Assembly (NCBI RefSeq): GCF_018350175.1
Contig: NC_058383.1
Span: forward strand, 21,144,001 to 21,208,000
DNA length: 64,000 bases
Direction: 5' to 3'
Source: Felis catus
Lineage: Eukaryota
Made by a program: the position numbers and the translations under genes. The stretch's first letter is position 1, and every line of letters begins with the position of its first letter. Of this stretch, positions 26,827-40,695 are shown piece after piece. The notes beneath the pieces were generated by a model, which worked only from the letters and a program-made list of their open reading frames with translations, had not been told where the DNA came from and did not search any database.

Positions 26827-27373
26827 TGTATGGATCGTGCCTTGTTTAGTTTCTGTATTTCTGATGCTCTTAGGGTCTTGCTGGCCCTGGAGAGACCGCC
26901 CTGGGAAGGGCTAGGCTAATTCCTAGAGATGGTGAAGGACAAGCCAGCCCGCATGCCTTGCATAAGCAAACCGACCAATCCGGAGCTCACACCCCCAACT
27001 TTTCTGTAAGGGCTTCTTCATACGCTCTGGGCCGCCGTCTCCCCAGGACCAAGTACCAGACAAGTAAGGGCAGTCCCACACCCCGGAGCTGCTGAAATGA
27101 TTCATTCTGGCCAATCCCAGGCCTGCGCATCCCGCCTTGTCTTTGCCTGTGATACCACGATAAAGGATGTTGCCCTCATTTCCGCACTCCTTCTGCCTCC
27201 TGACCAACCCTGGTGTTCCCCCGTGCGCCCCTCCACCCCGTGGCATGGCCTAGCATGGCATGGCCCTCTCTTCTGTGAGTGCCAGATTACCTATGCGGTG
27301 GCGGTTGTCTCCTAATCTCCTGGCCTTCTCATATCCCTGAATAATAATAATTAAAACCTACATTTTAAAAACA
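26827..27373 (+). mobile_element. MER74-like ERVL solo LTR
   Basis: TGTA...AAAACA termini; GCTAATTCCTAGAGAT and GCAAACCGACCAATCC motifs; 5-bp TSD CAGGC/CATGC. Confidence 0.75.
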
Positions 27374-27743
27374 CATGCCCATCGCACTGGGGAACAATCC
27401 CTGTGCATTTCCAGCTGACCACTGCCGGACCAAAGTCCACCCAATATAGCAGACATTCTGGAATTTCGAGAGAAGCCAGAAACCCGGGTGTTATGCATCT
27501 CTGCAAGTTTTCACATCGATAAGCAATTCAGGCTTAAAATGCTGGGTGGTTCATGCATGTACCCAGACATTACAAGCTGAGGAAAACAAAAACTGAGTGA
27601 ATGGACTAGCCAGACACAGTAGGTGCGGGATGTAATCTATGGTTTTCCATCCTCTACCTTATTGGAATTGTCCAGATTCGGTAAACACATCGTCTTAGAC
27701 CTGAGGGATGATTTCCTTAATCATTGCAAAAAAGAAATATTTT

Positions 27744-28068
27744 GGGGCACCTGGGTGGCTCAGTCGGTTAAGCATCCGACTTCGGCTCAGGTCATGATCT
27801 CATGGTTCGTGAGTTCGAGCCCCGTGTCAGGCTCTGTGCTGACAGCTCAGAGCCTGGAGCCTGTTTCAGATCCTGTGTCTCCCTCTCTCTGACCCTCCCC
27901 TGTTCATGCTCTGTCTCTCTCTGTCTCAAAAATAAATAAAACATTAAAAAAAAGAAAAGAAAAAGAAGTATTTTTCAGGCTTTTCTAACCTGACTCCCAG
28001 TAAGAAATACATTTTATATGACAACATTCATAGCTATCTACTTGGTTTTTTTTTTAATGTTTATTTTT

Positions 28069-28116
<48 letters not shown>

Positions 28117-28291
28117 AGAGTGCGAGTGGGGGAGGAGCAGAGAGAGAGGAGGAGACACAGAATCTGAAGCAGGCTCCAGGCTCCGAGCTGTCAGCACAGA
28201 GCCCGACGTGGGGCTCAAACCCATAAACCGCGACAAAGCTGAGACCTGAGACAAAGCTGGATGCTTAACTGACTGAGCCACCCAGGCGCCC
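27744..28291. mobile_element. Inverted CanSINE pair (+ 27744-27965; - 28046-28291) inside a MER119-like hAT relic (about 27710-28450)
   Basis: Two opposite-strand SINEs about 80 nt apart. Confidence 0.85.
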
Positions 28292-29457
28292 ACTATCTAT
28301 CTACTTGAAATAAAAATATTATCCCTAATACACAAAATGCACTTTGGCATTTTCTATTCTATTCTATTCCATTTAATGTTTCTAGATGCTGGTCACTACG
28401 GACTATATTGATTTCACAGCTTGTCAGTGGATGTCAAAGTACAGCTTCTAAAAACAACAAGAACGACACAAATTTAGACATTAGTGGTACCAACCCACCA
28501 TATCACAGATGAGGAAACAGATTCAGAGTAATAGGATTTGCCCAATATTCTACATGGTGGCTGGCAGAGCCCAAACTCAAGTTAATCACCAGCTCAAGGC
28601 CATTTCCCTGACATATTTATGTCCCTGAATTTATAGTATATACGTGGTTTGTGTTGGTGTTGTTATCCGCCGGGGTTCAATCCAAGAAGCAGAACAGCTA
28701 GAAAACGCACATGTGTGCACATAAGCACACGGATACGAATTTTTTATAGGAATGTGAATGGACACAGCCGAGGTAGGTAAGCAGTTTCTGGAAGGCTATT
28801 TGGGTGTCTAATGCTAGAGCTTGAAGTTCAAGAGAACAAGAAGCTGGACCCCATAAGCACGGACGGAAACCATGTCTGTTCTTGTGCTCTCGCACGTCAG
28901 CGGTGTGGACATCCTGCAGCGGGTGAATACCACGCATGCAGCCCAGACCCCAGAGGGGGATCCAGGAGAAGGCCGGGCAGCCCCTGAACCCGCCTGAACC
29001 CGCTGCTGCTTCCCCTCAGGCCTCCGAGGCTCCCACAAGAACCTCCCTTCCCTTTCATTAGTAATTTAGACAGTATGTTGCTGGTTCAATTTAAAAAATT
29101 GAATATCCATTTCTTCAGTTATTAAAATCAAGGATACACGGTGTCCGCAGACGAGAAAAATAGCATCCTTTGTTTTTATTACTCTCCCTTCTTGCTCGCC
29201 GTTAGTTATTATCTGAAATGTTAAACTCGGGCTCTCATTTTCAAAATATGACCGTTTTATCACCGGAGTCTTCGAAGGTCCGTTCACATTTGCACACTAT
29301 CGGCTGACGGTGCTTACGTGTCTTAGCTCCATGCTCCATTCATTCCAGCGCTTTCTGCCGGTTGTCTCTAGCCTCACATTTCGTCCTCTGAGATTTACTT
29401 ACTTACTTCTCATCTGCACATGAGATGGATACATTCTTTATGGAGTTCATTTGTTGG

Positions 29458-29678
29458 GTTTTTTTTTTAAGTTTATTTTGAGAGAGAGAGAGAGAGAGAG
29501 AGAGCAGGTGCCTGTATGAGCAGGGGAGGGGCAGAGAGAGAGGGAGAGAGAATCCCAAGCAGGCTCCGTCCGTCAGCACAGAGCCCGACCCAGGGCTCCA
29601 TCCCACGAACCCTGAGATCACGACCTGAGCCGAAATCGAGAGTCTGATGTTTAACCAACTGAGCCTGCCGGGCGCCCC
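29458..29678 (-). mobile_element. CanSINE within an old L1 relic
   Basis: Reverse SINE. Confidence 0.88.
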
Positions 29679-30352
29679 TCTTGGTTTGCTTTTAGCAAAA
29701 CACTTCCATGGCCTTGCATATCTGGAAACCGCCTTTCTATTGCTTTTGAATTTAAACAAGGACTCTCCTTCTGACTTACAACCTTGTCTTCTCAAAACCC
29801 GTGCTATGTGGCATGATCTCCAGTATATGTTGTTAAGTGAGAAAGCGAGGTGCAGAAATGTGTGTGTACCACAGTACCCCTTACCTAAAAAAGGGGAAAT
29901 AAAACACGCACACATTCACACGCACGCATTCACATACAGCCTATCTGATTAACACAGGTGTTGAATACAGATACGGTATATGCGAAGTTGTGCTAATTGA
30001 CAAAATGTGTCAATATAGCATTATATGTTCTGTGTTCAATTGTGCTAAATTAACATAATTACTAATGCTACAACACAATGTTATAATAACACATAACATA
30101 GAGTTGCTACTATACATATATTATTTTATGTTATTATAACATATTATTATACACCATTACATGTCAAAGATATTAAATTAACAGGTATATGTTAAACCCT
30201 AATGAAACGTAACACTTAAATGATTAAATTAGGAAAGAGAAGAAATACACTGGAGGAATCAGGAGTCGACAATAGACTTCTTAAAATAGACCTTGTATTA
30301 TAGATCTGCCTTTGAAGCCCTGTTTGTATTTTACACAATCATAAAACAAAAT

Positions 30353-30602
30353 TAGGGGCGCCTGCGTGGCTCAGTCGGTGAAGCAGCTGACTCCTGATAT
30401 CAGCTCAGGTCACGATCTCATGGTTGGTGGGATCGAGCCCCATGACAGGCTCTTCACTGACAACACGGAGCCTGCTTGGGATTTCTCTCTCACCCTCTTT
30501 CTCTGCCCCCCACCATGCATGAGTGCTCTCTCTTTCTCTATAGTGGATGCACACACACGTTCCCTCTCTCTCCCAAAGTAAATAAACATTTTTTTAAAAA
30601 TT
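30353..30602 (+). mobile_element. CanSINE
   Basis: SINE head, body and tail. Confidence 0.88.
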
Positions 30603-31003
30603 AAATACAGAAACATACACCCCCCCCCCCCAGTGTCTGAAAGTAAATTGAAACGGAGGAACCTAATTGTATACTCTGTTGGTGACCTAATCTCAGGTAG
30701 AGGAAATAGTCCAAGTGACTCCCTAATGGAATAGATCCAAAGGACAAAATATTGCCAAAAAAATTTTTTAACTGTTTTTAGCAATAGCATTATGGGTGAT
30801 AGTTTGGGTATTGTTATTTATTTCAAGATAACAATGAGGCAAATGACTAATCACATCTGTGTTACTGAGAACTGAGTTTTGGGTTTGGTTGAAAAGAGAT
30901 ACAAATACGAGATTAATGAGGTCAGACAAAATCCTTGTAGGCCTGATTTTTGAACTGGATATAAATGCAAGATATAGTTTTTCTTAAGAAATACGAATGT
31001 GCT

Positions 31004-31223
31004 GGGGCGCCTGGGTGGCTCAGTCGGTTAAGCGTCCAACTTCAGCCAGGTCACGATCTCGCGGTCCGTGAGTTTGAGCCCCGAGTCAGGCTCTGGGCTG
31101 ATGGCTCGGAGCCTGGTGCCTGTTTCCGATTCTGTGTCTCCCTCTCTCTCTGCCCCTCCCCCGTTCATGCTCTGTCTCTCTGTCCCAAAATAAACAAAAA
31201 ACGTTGAAAAAAAAATTAAAAAA
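31004..31223 (+). mobile_element. Young CanSINE with TSD AAGAAATACG(A/T)ATGTGCT
   Basis: TSD at 30986-31003 and 31224-31241. Confidence 0.94.
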
Positions 31224-31341
31224 AAGAAATACGTATGTGCTAGCTCCGTCCATGGAAGAGTCCTAGAAATAATACATAACTCAGCAGCACTGAGCACCCC
31301 TGGTACCCAGACTGTGGTCTTTTTTTTCCCACTAAAAATGT

Positions 31342-31553
31342 GGGGGCACCTGGGTGGCTCAGTCGGTTAAGCGGCCGACTTCGGCTCAGGTCACGATCTC
31401 GCGGTTCGTGAGTTCGAGCCCACCTCGGGCTCTGTGCTGACAGCTCAGAGCCTGGAGCCTGCTTTGGATTCTGTGTCCCTTTCTCTCTTCTCCTCCGCTG
31501 CTCACACTCTGTTTCTCTCTGTCTTAAAAATGAACATTAAAAAAAAAAAAAAA
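31342..31553 (+). mobile_element. CanSINE
   Basis: SINE head, body and tail. Confidence 0.9.
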
Positions 31554-32323
31554 GGATCAGAGATGTTTGGAGAAATGGTTGATTCCAGATCTGGGACAGG
31601 AAGTGGACGAGGTAAGTGGGAGAACGTCTCGTCACAGAACACAACTGTGGAACACTGCTAAAGCTGTCCTTCTGTCCCTTCTGGTCCTTGATCTGAGGCC
31701 AGCCTTAATTTCCTTATTTTGCAGGCTGTTTATTCCTGCTTCCCACTCGAAACGTGCAGCATTCTTTATCTGTGAAGTTGTCAAGTCGTGTGTAGGCGTT
31801 GAGATGTTCATTTTTCCGGTGTGTGATAAGATTGGAATTTAGATAGAGTTCATCACATTCCTCACTTGGTGGTACACCTTCTTTGCTTATTTGACAGAGC
31901 CTTTCTCTTGCTTAATGGGTTTACTTATTTATTCCCTTGGGTTTTCATATCCCTCCAACTTCCTTCTCCTTCCCTTTGACAACTGTTTGCACGTGCAAAC
32001 ATTGCAGCATTGTTGCACGTGCCCATAGCGTTAATTCACACAAATGTCACCTTGCTGTGGACCTCATTTTCTGAGTGTGCACTGGTTTCTGATTGTATAT
32101 GGTGTCACATGGTGTGCATATCATCCCTTTCACTTATCTGTGCCTTAGTGATTGAACCGAGAGTACCTTCAGATCCCCGCATCACCAACAACACGTGGAC
32201 GAACGTCCTCAGAGTTGTCACCTCAGAAACCTGTGTGACAGCTTCCCTGGAAAAGCATCCAGAAGTGAGAACCGTGGGTCACATGGCACCCGCACACTTC
32301 ATTTAACAATGTCTACTAATGTA

Positions 32324-32643
32324 GGGGCGCCTGGCTGGCTCAGGCGGTAGAGCATGAGACTCTCGATCTCAGAGTTGTGAGTTTGAGCCCTGCGGTGGGT
32401 GTAAAGATTACTTAAAAGTTAAATCTTTAAAAAAAAAAGTTTATGTATGTATGTATTATTTTTATAGAGTGAAGGAGAGTGCATGAGAGGGAGAGAAGGG
32501 CAGCGGGAGAGAGGGAGAGAATCTTAAGCAGGCTCCGCGCTCAATGCAGAGTCGGCCACGGGGCTCGATCCCACAACCCTGGGATGGTGACCTGAGCCAA
32601 AATCAAGAGTCGGATGCTCAACCGACGGAGCCCCCCAGGCCCC
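32324..32643. mobile_element. Short old CanSINE (+) abutting a minus-strand CanSINE tail-to-tail
   Basis: + copy at about 32324-32438; - copy at about 32440-32643. Confidence 0.85.
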
Positions 32644-33347
32644 GCTGAAAAGAGAACTTTTTTAAACAGTGTCTGCTGGGGTCTTCTCAATGGCTGTGCC
32701 AATCCAATCCTCACCAGCAATGCGGGAGGACCCCAGGGTCCCTGCCTCTGACGAGCCGTTGTCAGTCTCTCATCTTGACTGGATTCAGTTCCATCTTTTA
32801 CTCTTGAATATTTTTTACTACTTTTGTTTGTGACTTTTCTCTGGTGATTGGAAATTGTTCAATGGTTAGAAGTATATTCTTTGTCCACTGTAGTCATCAC
32901 CTCTGCTTTAATGATTCTTTTATTACTATTTTATAATACCGTAAGTTCTTATTCCTTACCATTTTCTTCTGCAAACTGGAAACCTAAAACATGTCCTCTT
33001 TATTTTCAATTCAATTTCCCTCTCTATCAATTCTGTACTCTACTGTGTCTAATATACTATTTTTAAATTTACCCTATTGTACAATTTCTCACTTTTGTGC
33101 AGAATTTCTTTTATTTCTGACTTGCTCACAGTCAGATTCTGCTTCACTAAGTTCCGACCAGGTTATTTTGAATCTCATGTTTCGTAGAACACAAGCATTT
33201 TGCATTTTGGGTGAACCAAAAGAAAACTTTCTAAAACTGACCTGGTTTTCCTAGTAGGTTTACAAGATTCTTTTTTCTTTTATTTCTTGTTCTTTTATTT
33301 TACGTCGAATGTTCATATTCCTCATCTATTTTTCTCTCTCTTCTTAA

Positions 33348-33556
33348 ATTTTTTTTTAATGTTTATTTATTTTTGAAAGAGAGAGAGAGAGAGAGAATGT
33401 GAGCAGGGGAGGTCAGGGAGAGAGGGGACAGAGAGTCCGAAGCAGGCTCTGTGCTGACAGCAGAGTGCCCGATGTAGGGCTTGAACCTATGAACCATGAG
33501 ATCATGACCTGAGCTGAAGTCAAGACACTTAACCCACTGAGCCGCCCAGGCGCCCC
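33348..33556 (-). mobile_element. CanSINE
   Basis: Reverse SINE. Confidence 0.9.
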
Positions 33557-33599
33557 TCTCTTTTCTCTTTTAATCCGCCCTGTCTGGTGAGACTCCTCA

Positions 33600-34300
33600 A
33601 TAGTCCTGGTTTTAACACCGAACATGGCGACTAGGCTATTTTTGACTTCCACGCCTTTCCATTTGGATGTTCCTGAGACATGCCTGTCTAATCCTATGTT
33701 GTAAGGCTGATAACAGCTCAACCCTTAACAGCTCAACCCTTCTCAGTTAGTAGGCGGTTTCTTATGTTTAAAGGTCCTGAGGACTTTTTTCTTCATCCTT
33801 GATGTCCAGTAATGTCACCGGGATGTGCATTGATCGTTCCGTATCAATATTTCCGGGTTTGTGTTGTGTTCTTCCAGTTTGCAAATGCAGATTCTCCTTT
33901 ATTCAGGAAAGTTCCTTTCTATAACATTGTTGACTTTTGGTGATGCTGTTCCATTTGTTGTGTTCTCCTTTGTCCAAGCTGCCAATAACACCTACGTTGT
34001 ACCTCCTTTGTCCGCCATGCTTTTCTAGGTCTTGCTTCATTTCATTTAGTTTTATTTGACTTCTGAGTCTGTCTTTCACGTTCCCAACTATATTTTCCGC
34101 CATGCTAACTTTTCTTGTTGATGCTTCCACCCTAACTTTGAATGATTTTATGGCTTTGTTTTTCTCCTCCATGCTTCCCCCCCCCCCCCTGAAGTTCTAC
34201 TAAGTCACTTTCCTTCTTCTCTTGTCTTAATACATTTTCTTCAAGCCATTGTATATCTTACTTGATTTTAATTCACTTGTTTTGTAGAGAAGTGTTTGTA
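33600..34300 (-). mobile_element. Decayed L1/HAL1 ORF1 region
   Basis: ORF 33903-34172 gives a coiled-coil-like stretch followed by RRYNVGVIG, resembling L1 ORF1p RRxNIRIIG. Confidence 0.55.
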
Positions 34301-34659
34301 TAGTGTCCCCCTGTACAGTAAAATTTTTCTAAGCTGTGGTATACATTTGACTTCTTAATTTTATTCTCCAAATTTTCCTTCTCTTTGAATGGGAGTCACT
34401 TCTGGAGACAGCACGAGCTAAAGGATGGTGTGGTGGACAGACCAGGAGAGTGAACTAGGGCAGCCAGCCACTGGGAATCAGGTATTCTGTCTCAAAAATG
34501 CTTTCTTACCAAGTGTTTTGGACCCTCCTACCCTTTCTATCAAGTTTTCTCCTCCTTCCAGTGGTATCTCTGCATATGTGGCTGGGAGAGATTGTCCTAT
34601 TTATCTTGCAGTGATATACAGTATCTTCTAAAAAATTTTTTAGAAGTTTTTCAATGCTT

Positions 34660-34860
34660 ATTATTTTTTCGACAGAGAAAAAGAGAGAGAGAGAGCAAGC
34701 GGGGCAGGAGCAGAGAGAGAGGGGGACACAGAATCCGAAGCAGGCTCCAGGCTTTGAGCTGACAGCGCAGAGCCCCATCCAGGGCTTGAACCCACTAACC
34801 ATGGGATCATGACCTGAGCCGAAGTCAGACATTTAACCAACTGAGCCACCCAGGTGCCCC
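34660..34860 (-). mobile_element. CanSINE
   Basis: Reverse SINE. Confidence 0.9.
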
Positions 34861-35481
34861 CGTACCTTCTGAATTTTTATCTCATGATTTAGTGTTTATT
34901 TTTCTTCTGTCTCCTTCCGTGTCTCCTCCTCTCTACCACACCAGCATCTTGCTTCTTGTAAATATTACATATACCTGGGCATACCTGCCCAGTTTCCAAA
35001 CCACCCTCCACTACTGTGTGGCGTTTGAATGGACTCAGGGATGATTCTGCAGCCCACCCATACTCCCAGTCCGCAGACACAACATGGACACTTACATTCG
35101 GAAAGCCCTACATGCTGATTGAGATCTATAGAGGTGCATCTTTTCCAAATATACAGCCTTGATTTGGCCCGATTTCACTATATTTTGTGGATAGTCTTCA
35201 TAGGTTGTCATTTGGAACTGCAAATCTTTCCTAGTTTTATTGAATACAGATTTTTTTTAATTATTGCTCTTCTTTATTTTGTTTTGTTTATGGGTTGCTT
35301 TCAGGGAAGAGAGTGGGTAAGAACCGTTCTGACTCATAAAAGGTGTTGGAGACCCCAGCTTTGTATTTTAGAAAGATCCTGTTGTAAAGCTTTCACAGGA
35401 AGGCATCGTAGAAGGCGAGGAAGGGGAATAGAGGGTTATTTACCCCCCTGAGAAGGCGGGTGTATTTATGCAAAAGGAAGG

Positions 35482-35705
35482 GGGGCGCCTGGGTGGCTCA
35501 GTCGGTTGGGCGTCCAACTTCAGCTCGGGTCATGATTTCACAGTCTGTGAGTTAGAGCCCCTCGTCAGGCTCTGTGCTGACAGCTCAGAGCCTGGAGCCT
35601 GTTCCCAATCCTGTGTCTCCCTCTCTCTGCCCCTCCCCTGCTCATGCTCTATCTCTCTCTGTCTCAAAAATAAATAAAAAACATTAAAAAAAATTAAATA
35701 AAAGA
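35482..35705 (+). mobile_element. CanSINE
   Basis: SINE head, body and tail. Confidence 0.9.
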
Positions 35706-36244
35706 AAAGGGGAGAGGATGAGGTCAGTGAAAGGTCACGGGCTGAGAGACAGAAAGAAAGCGGAAGAAAGAACTCAGGCTTGGGAGTCAGCAGCACGTGG
35801 GTGATGATCTGTGACAAAACGGGGTGGAAGCTGCAGGGGAAATTCAGTAGAAGAGAATTGTGCTAAAACAGAACGCTCTGGCATCCTACGTTTCGGAATG
35901 AAAAGCGAAAGAGGATTCTACAAAATCAAACAGGAAGTAAATACTAGAAAAGAGGAAAATAAAGAAACCAGTACTGCAAAGGCAAAGAGTATTTCCAAAA
36001 AAGGAGATGACGAGTGAAACGCCATCCTGCTGAGCATTCACATCAGACGAGGTCTTAACGGTTGGCATCGGATTTAGCCACAAAGCCGTTGAGAGTAGCG
36101 GCCATTCTGGAAGTGTGAGCCTGCTATCAGGGGACTAAGGTGTACACGGAACGTTCCACGATAGGGGTGGCAAATACAGACAACTCTTGAAGAAGGCCGA
36201 CTGCACACAGGAAGATAAGTTTAGAAATAAGATACGATAAGACG

Positions 36245-36690
36245 AGCTCCAACACGGATGGACCTAGAGGGTACTACGCTGGGTGAAGTCAGTCAGACTG
36301 AGAAAGTCAAATACCAACATGATTCCACTCAGATGTCTTAAAAAATCTAAAAAAAAAAAAAAAATCAAATGAACAAGCAAACAAACAAAAAGCAGAATCA
36401 GGCCTATAAATACAGAGACAAACTAATGGTTGCCAGAGGGAAGGGGCTGTGGGGGGATGGGGAACATGGGTGAAGGGGAGTAGGAGACACAGGCTTCCAG
36501 TGATGGAGTGAATCAGTCACAGAGATGAGAGGGTACAGCAGAGGAAATACAGTCAACGGCATCGTAACAGCGCCGGATGGCAGACGGTGGCCACACTCGT
36601 GAGCACCGCGTGACTGAGAAGTCGAATCCCTATGTCGTACACGTGAAACTAATGTAATATTGTGTGTCAACTATACTCAAATAAAAAAAA
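36245..36690 (+). mobile_element. Carnivore L1 3' end fragment
   Basis: CAACACGGATGGACCTAGAGGG...GTGTCAACTATACTCAAATAAAAAAAA. Confidence 0.8.
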
Positions 36691-39600
36691 TTTTTTTAAT
36701 GAAAGAATAGACGGTCAGCCTAAGGGAACTTAAGTCCCTCTTGCACAGTAATACATTAGTACCAGAGCTAATGCTACCCCTATAGCAATAATAATTCACA
36801 TTTATATGGAAATTTAGTTCAAAGGGGGTTTTGCATACATAATCTCATTTCAAATGCACTTCTATTTTATTGATGAGGAAACCAAGGCTCAGAGATGACA
36901 ATGAACCGATTTCCCGAAGGTCAAAAAAAGAAAACAATCAAAGCATCACTTCGACCGCGTCTTTGGCACAGACCCGCATCTCGAGCCCCGAGTCCGTCTC
37001 AGGGCCAGTATCCTCGCAGGGAGCAAAACAGAGGCCACATTTCACCTGAGCCCAAACCCACCGTGCAAATTGTTTGATTGAAATCCGAGCTTTCATTTCC
37101 CAGGGACTGAAACGGCAGAGTCCAATTGGTTTCTCATTAACTTCCCCAGAACATTTTCTCTGCCCAGGTATTTCCACGCAAGGCTGATACTAGTTAATTA
37201 CCTGAATTAAATATTTTACAGCCTAAAAGGGTTTTCTGTACCGCACGATTTATAAATATTCATTCTGCGGGAGGGAGGAGGCGAGCGAAAGTTGGTTTCC
37301 AGTGGCTGCCTTTGTAGCAAACTGTTCAATAGTAACCCTCTGGGGCAGGCTTGGTGCCTGGGTAAAAATGTTTTTGGAGCCTCAAATCTCTTCTAGAAAA
37401 ACAATTTCTCCAAATGCACAACGGTTTTTGCTGAGCCACTAAATAACTCCCGCCTGCCCATGTCAGGGACGGCCTTAAGGTGATACGATAGATGCCAAGC
37501 AAATAACCAATCAATATACTGGTTTAGGTCTCCGTCTATCAGTTTGGCATTGTGTGGACTAATTAGATGATAAAATGTGATGAATGTGTATTAAACTCAG
37601 CCTCTCCCTGGAAGCTCCCAGGGGTCCCTTCCCATTTTCTAGCTGACCTTTTAGAGCTCAGCTTTATTGTATGTGAATGCAATTAAATCAATTTGTCAGA
37701 TATTTGCATTAGTCTGGCTTGTTCAGAATTCAATTATTCAGTGTCACTTTACTGCCCTTCGGAGGCTGGTATATCGGCTCATTTTCAAACGGTGGATGAA
37801 GGCAGACACGGGCGGTCTCGTCAAGATTCAGGCCTGTGAGTACCTTTCCCTCAGAGATGGTTCTGAGATCCAGCTTGCCCACAGCCCTTCTCCTTCCTGG
37901 TGTCGGGAGAGACAGGGCTCAGGGAATAAGTTATTTAACTTGTGCGAGCCTCAGTTTTCTCATCTGCCGAACGGAACCACTTTGCCGGGGGTTTCTGCCG
38001 CAGCCGCCCCGGAGAGTGGGATTGGAGAGCAAGCGGGATTATTTGAGAGGTGAGAACGGCAGACGCTGGTGGGGCAGTGGTGGCAGTGAGCTGGGGAGGG
38101 GAGGAAGCAGCACTTTAGTGGACAGGTCACGCCCCCCGTGGGCAACTGGTGCTTGGACCCTCTGGAGTCCTCCAGGAGGGCTGTCCCACCCAAGAGGCCG
38201 GGAGCTTGGGCATGTCTCCCCCCACTGCTGTTCATTCCTGCTCGAGAGCTGATCCAGGGATGTTAACTCTCTGACACTGTGGGTCTGCCCTAAACAGACC
38301 TGGCTGGGCGTCTTCCTGGGGCCAGAGAAAGCCCTCGAGCAGAGAGTCCCAGATGCTTCCTGTGTCACAGTGGACACAGTGATACGGGGGACCATCGTCG
38401 GCATCCGCAGCAGGCACATGCTTTGGTGCGAAGCCAAAAAGTGGTGACGCGTGTCCCGCCCTCAGTTCTACGGCTGGCGCGGAGTAAAAACACTCAATGG
38501 TAATAGCCGACACCATTATTTCTGGGGAAAGGTAAATCTAGAGAAACAGCTCTCCTCCACACAGGAATCCCACTGTGGTCCTAAGTGTGTGGCCAACGGA
38601 AAGGCGCTGCACTATATGCCTTCCTGGCAGGCGTAGAAGGTGAAATCGTAGAGGGCTCCCTGGAGGAGGTGACATGTGAACTGGCCCTTTTAAGGGTGAG
38701 TAGGTGTTTGCCAGGCACACAAGGGGAATAGAGACGTTCTCAACAGAAGGAAGGACATGTGCAATGACACAGAGATATGGCAAAGTACGTGTCTGGTGAC
38801 CTGTTCATACTCTAGAATAATTAAAGTGGAAGATAAGAGGGACCTTCATGTCACAATGTCGGAATTCACGTTTTGAGAGAAATTCTGCGCCATCCAAGGG
38901 CATTATAGTATTCTCCTAGAAGCGGCAGGGAGTCACTGGGTCTGTTCATGTAAAACTTTTAATAGCCTCTTTTAAAAACTTTTAATAATAGAAATAAATA
39001 GGTCAATGAGCATGGACCCAAAAGATCTCCGGCGCAAGAATGAGAGAAACTGTAACAATATTTTACGTGAAAAGCGCTTCAGGCTTTTCACTGAGCCAGT
39101 ATGCTGCATGGTTTCAATGGGTGGGGCGGGGGGGGGGGGGGGGGGAAGCGAATTCAAACTCGGATTGTATGAATAGAAATAATGCAACATTCAGATCCAG
39201 GGAGAGATGAGACGACCCTGTCTGCTATCTGGGCAGCCCAGAAAGCTGTCGTCCAATGTTAAGTGACACATCTTTTCAAAGAGACACTGGAGCCCGCCCC
39301 GGCAAGAAGCCTACACGCCACGTAAGACGCGGCATGGCCTGAAGAATGGAGTAAGCTGCAGAAAGTAGGCTCGCGGAACACCCGTGAGCTGACTTCTGTT
39401 GTGAGGAAGATTGTATTTACTCTGTGTGGTGCCAGAGGCAGGAAATAAAAACTCCAGTGAAGCATATTTCAAGTCGGCAGAAACAGCCAAAGCCATCCCA
39501 CACTGGAATGGCCCGCCCCAGGAGGCAAGAAAGGTCCCTGTGCCGGGCAGCGATCGGTAATAAATGAGATGAATATCCGTCAAAGAAGTTTAGGGGGGGG

Positions 39601-40695
39601 AGCTAGTTGTTGGAAGGGAAGCGACCTCGAAAGACTCTCTCCAACGAAGATTCTCTGAACCTGGGGCAAGGGTCCTCTCCCGGTGTCCCCTCCAGGGGTC
39701 TCACTGCAAAAGAAGGCATTGTACGGGGCATACCACAAAGACACCATTCTTAGTGGTCAAGAATCAAAAGGCAGCATCTCAATGTGGTCAGCTGCAAAGA
39801 GTTGGATTAACGGTGAGAAAAGAAAAAATCAAGAGTTTTATTGTATAAAGCAAACAATAGGCATTGAGTTCTATGGTCCAGGCACATACCGTAATTAGCT
39901 GCAGCGGTAGTAAGAGTGGTCCCAACCATAGCTAACATTTACTGAGTATTTGCATACTTCCCATTTAATTCTGTTCCATTCTCATAAAAGCTCTTTGAGT
40001 TTGACCGCTCGTGGGATGAAGTCTTTGTGCTATGAATAGCACTCCGCGCACAACTGGTATTGAGAGGGGTCATGGAAAACCCTTTCTGGAGAAAGAAGTC
40101 GCTTCCCACTTGGCATCGGGGCTAACGACCAGTGTTCCCTTTGGACAACATGAGATGCTTCCTGTGAAACATCATAAAACATCGCCCTGCAAACAATAAT
40201 TCAGATCATTACGGCTGAATCCCTTCTGCTCACGACCGTGTAGGCTTTTAAACATCACTTTAGACCCACCTGTTAGGACATTCTGCTCGTTTAGCTCCGA
40301 CCCTGGTAATCCTCATTTTCCTGAACTGTGATCCAAGCGCACTATGCCACTCTGACCTCGTGTTCTGCCCATTTGGCTGAACTTCTAGATAACTCCTCCC
40401 ACCCCCAATGGATGCTTCCAGTGCCCTGTTCCAACTCCTCTCTCCCGCTGGGCCGTCTATCTGAAATTCCGATGAATCCACAGACGCCACGTCTGTCTGC
40501 GGAGGATCAGGAAAACGTCCCAACACATTGTTTTTACAGAGTCGCTCTGTGTTTTCACGCACTAACTTCAGCGATTTGAGGGTTAGCTTCCATGAGTACC
40601 CCTTCACCCATGCATATCCAACTATCACCCCGGGACACTCGCTGATTTCTATTTGTTATTCCTCAATAGGAGAGGCACCAAAGAACAAGCGTGCC

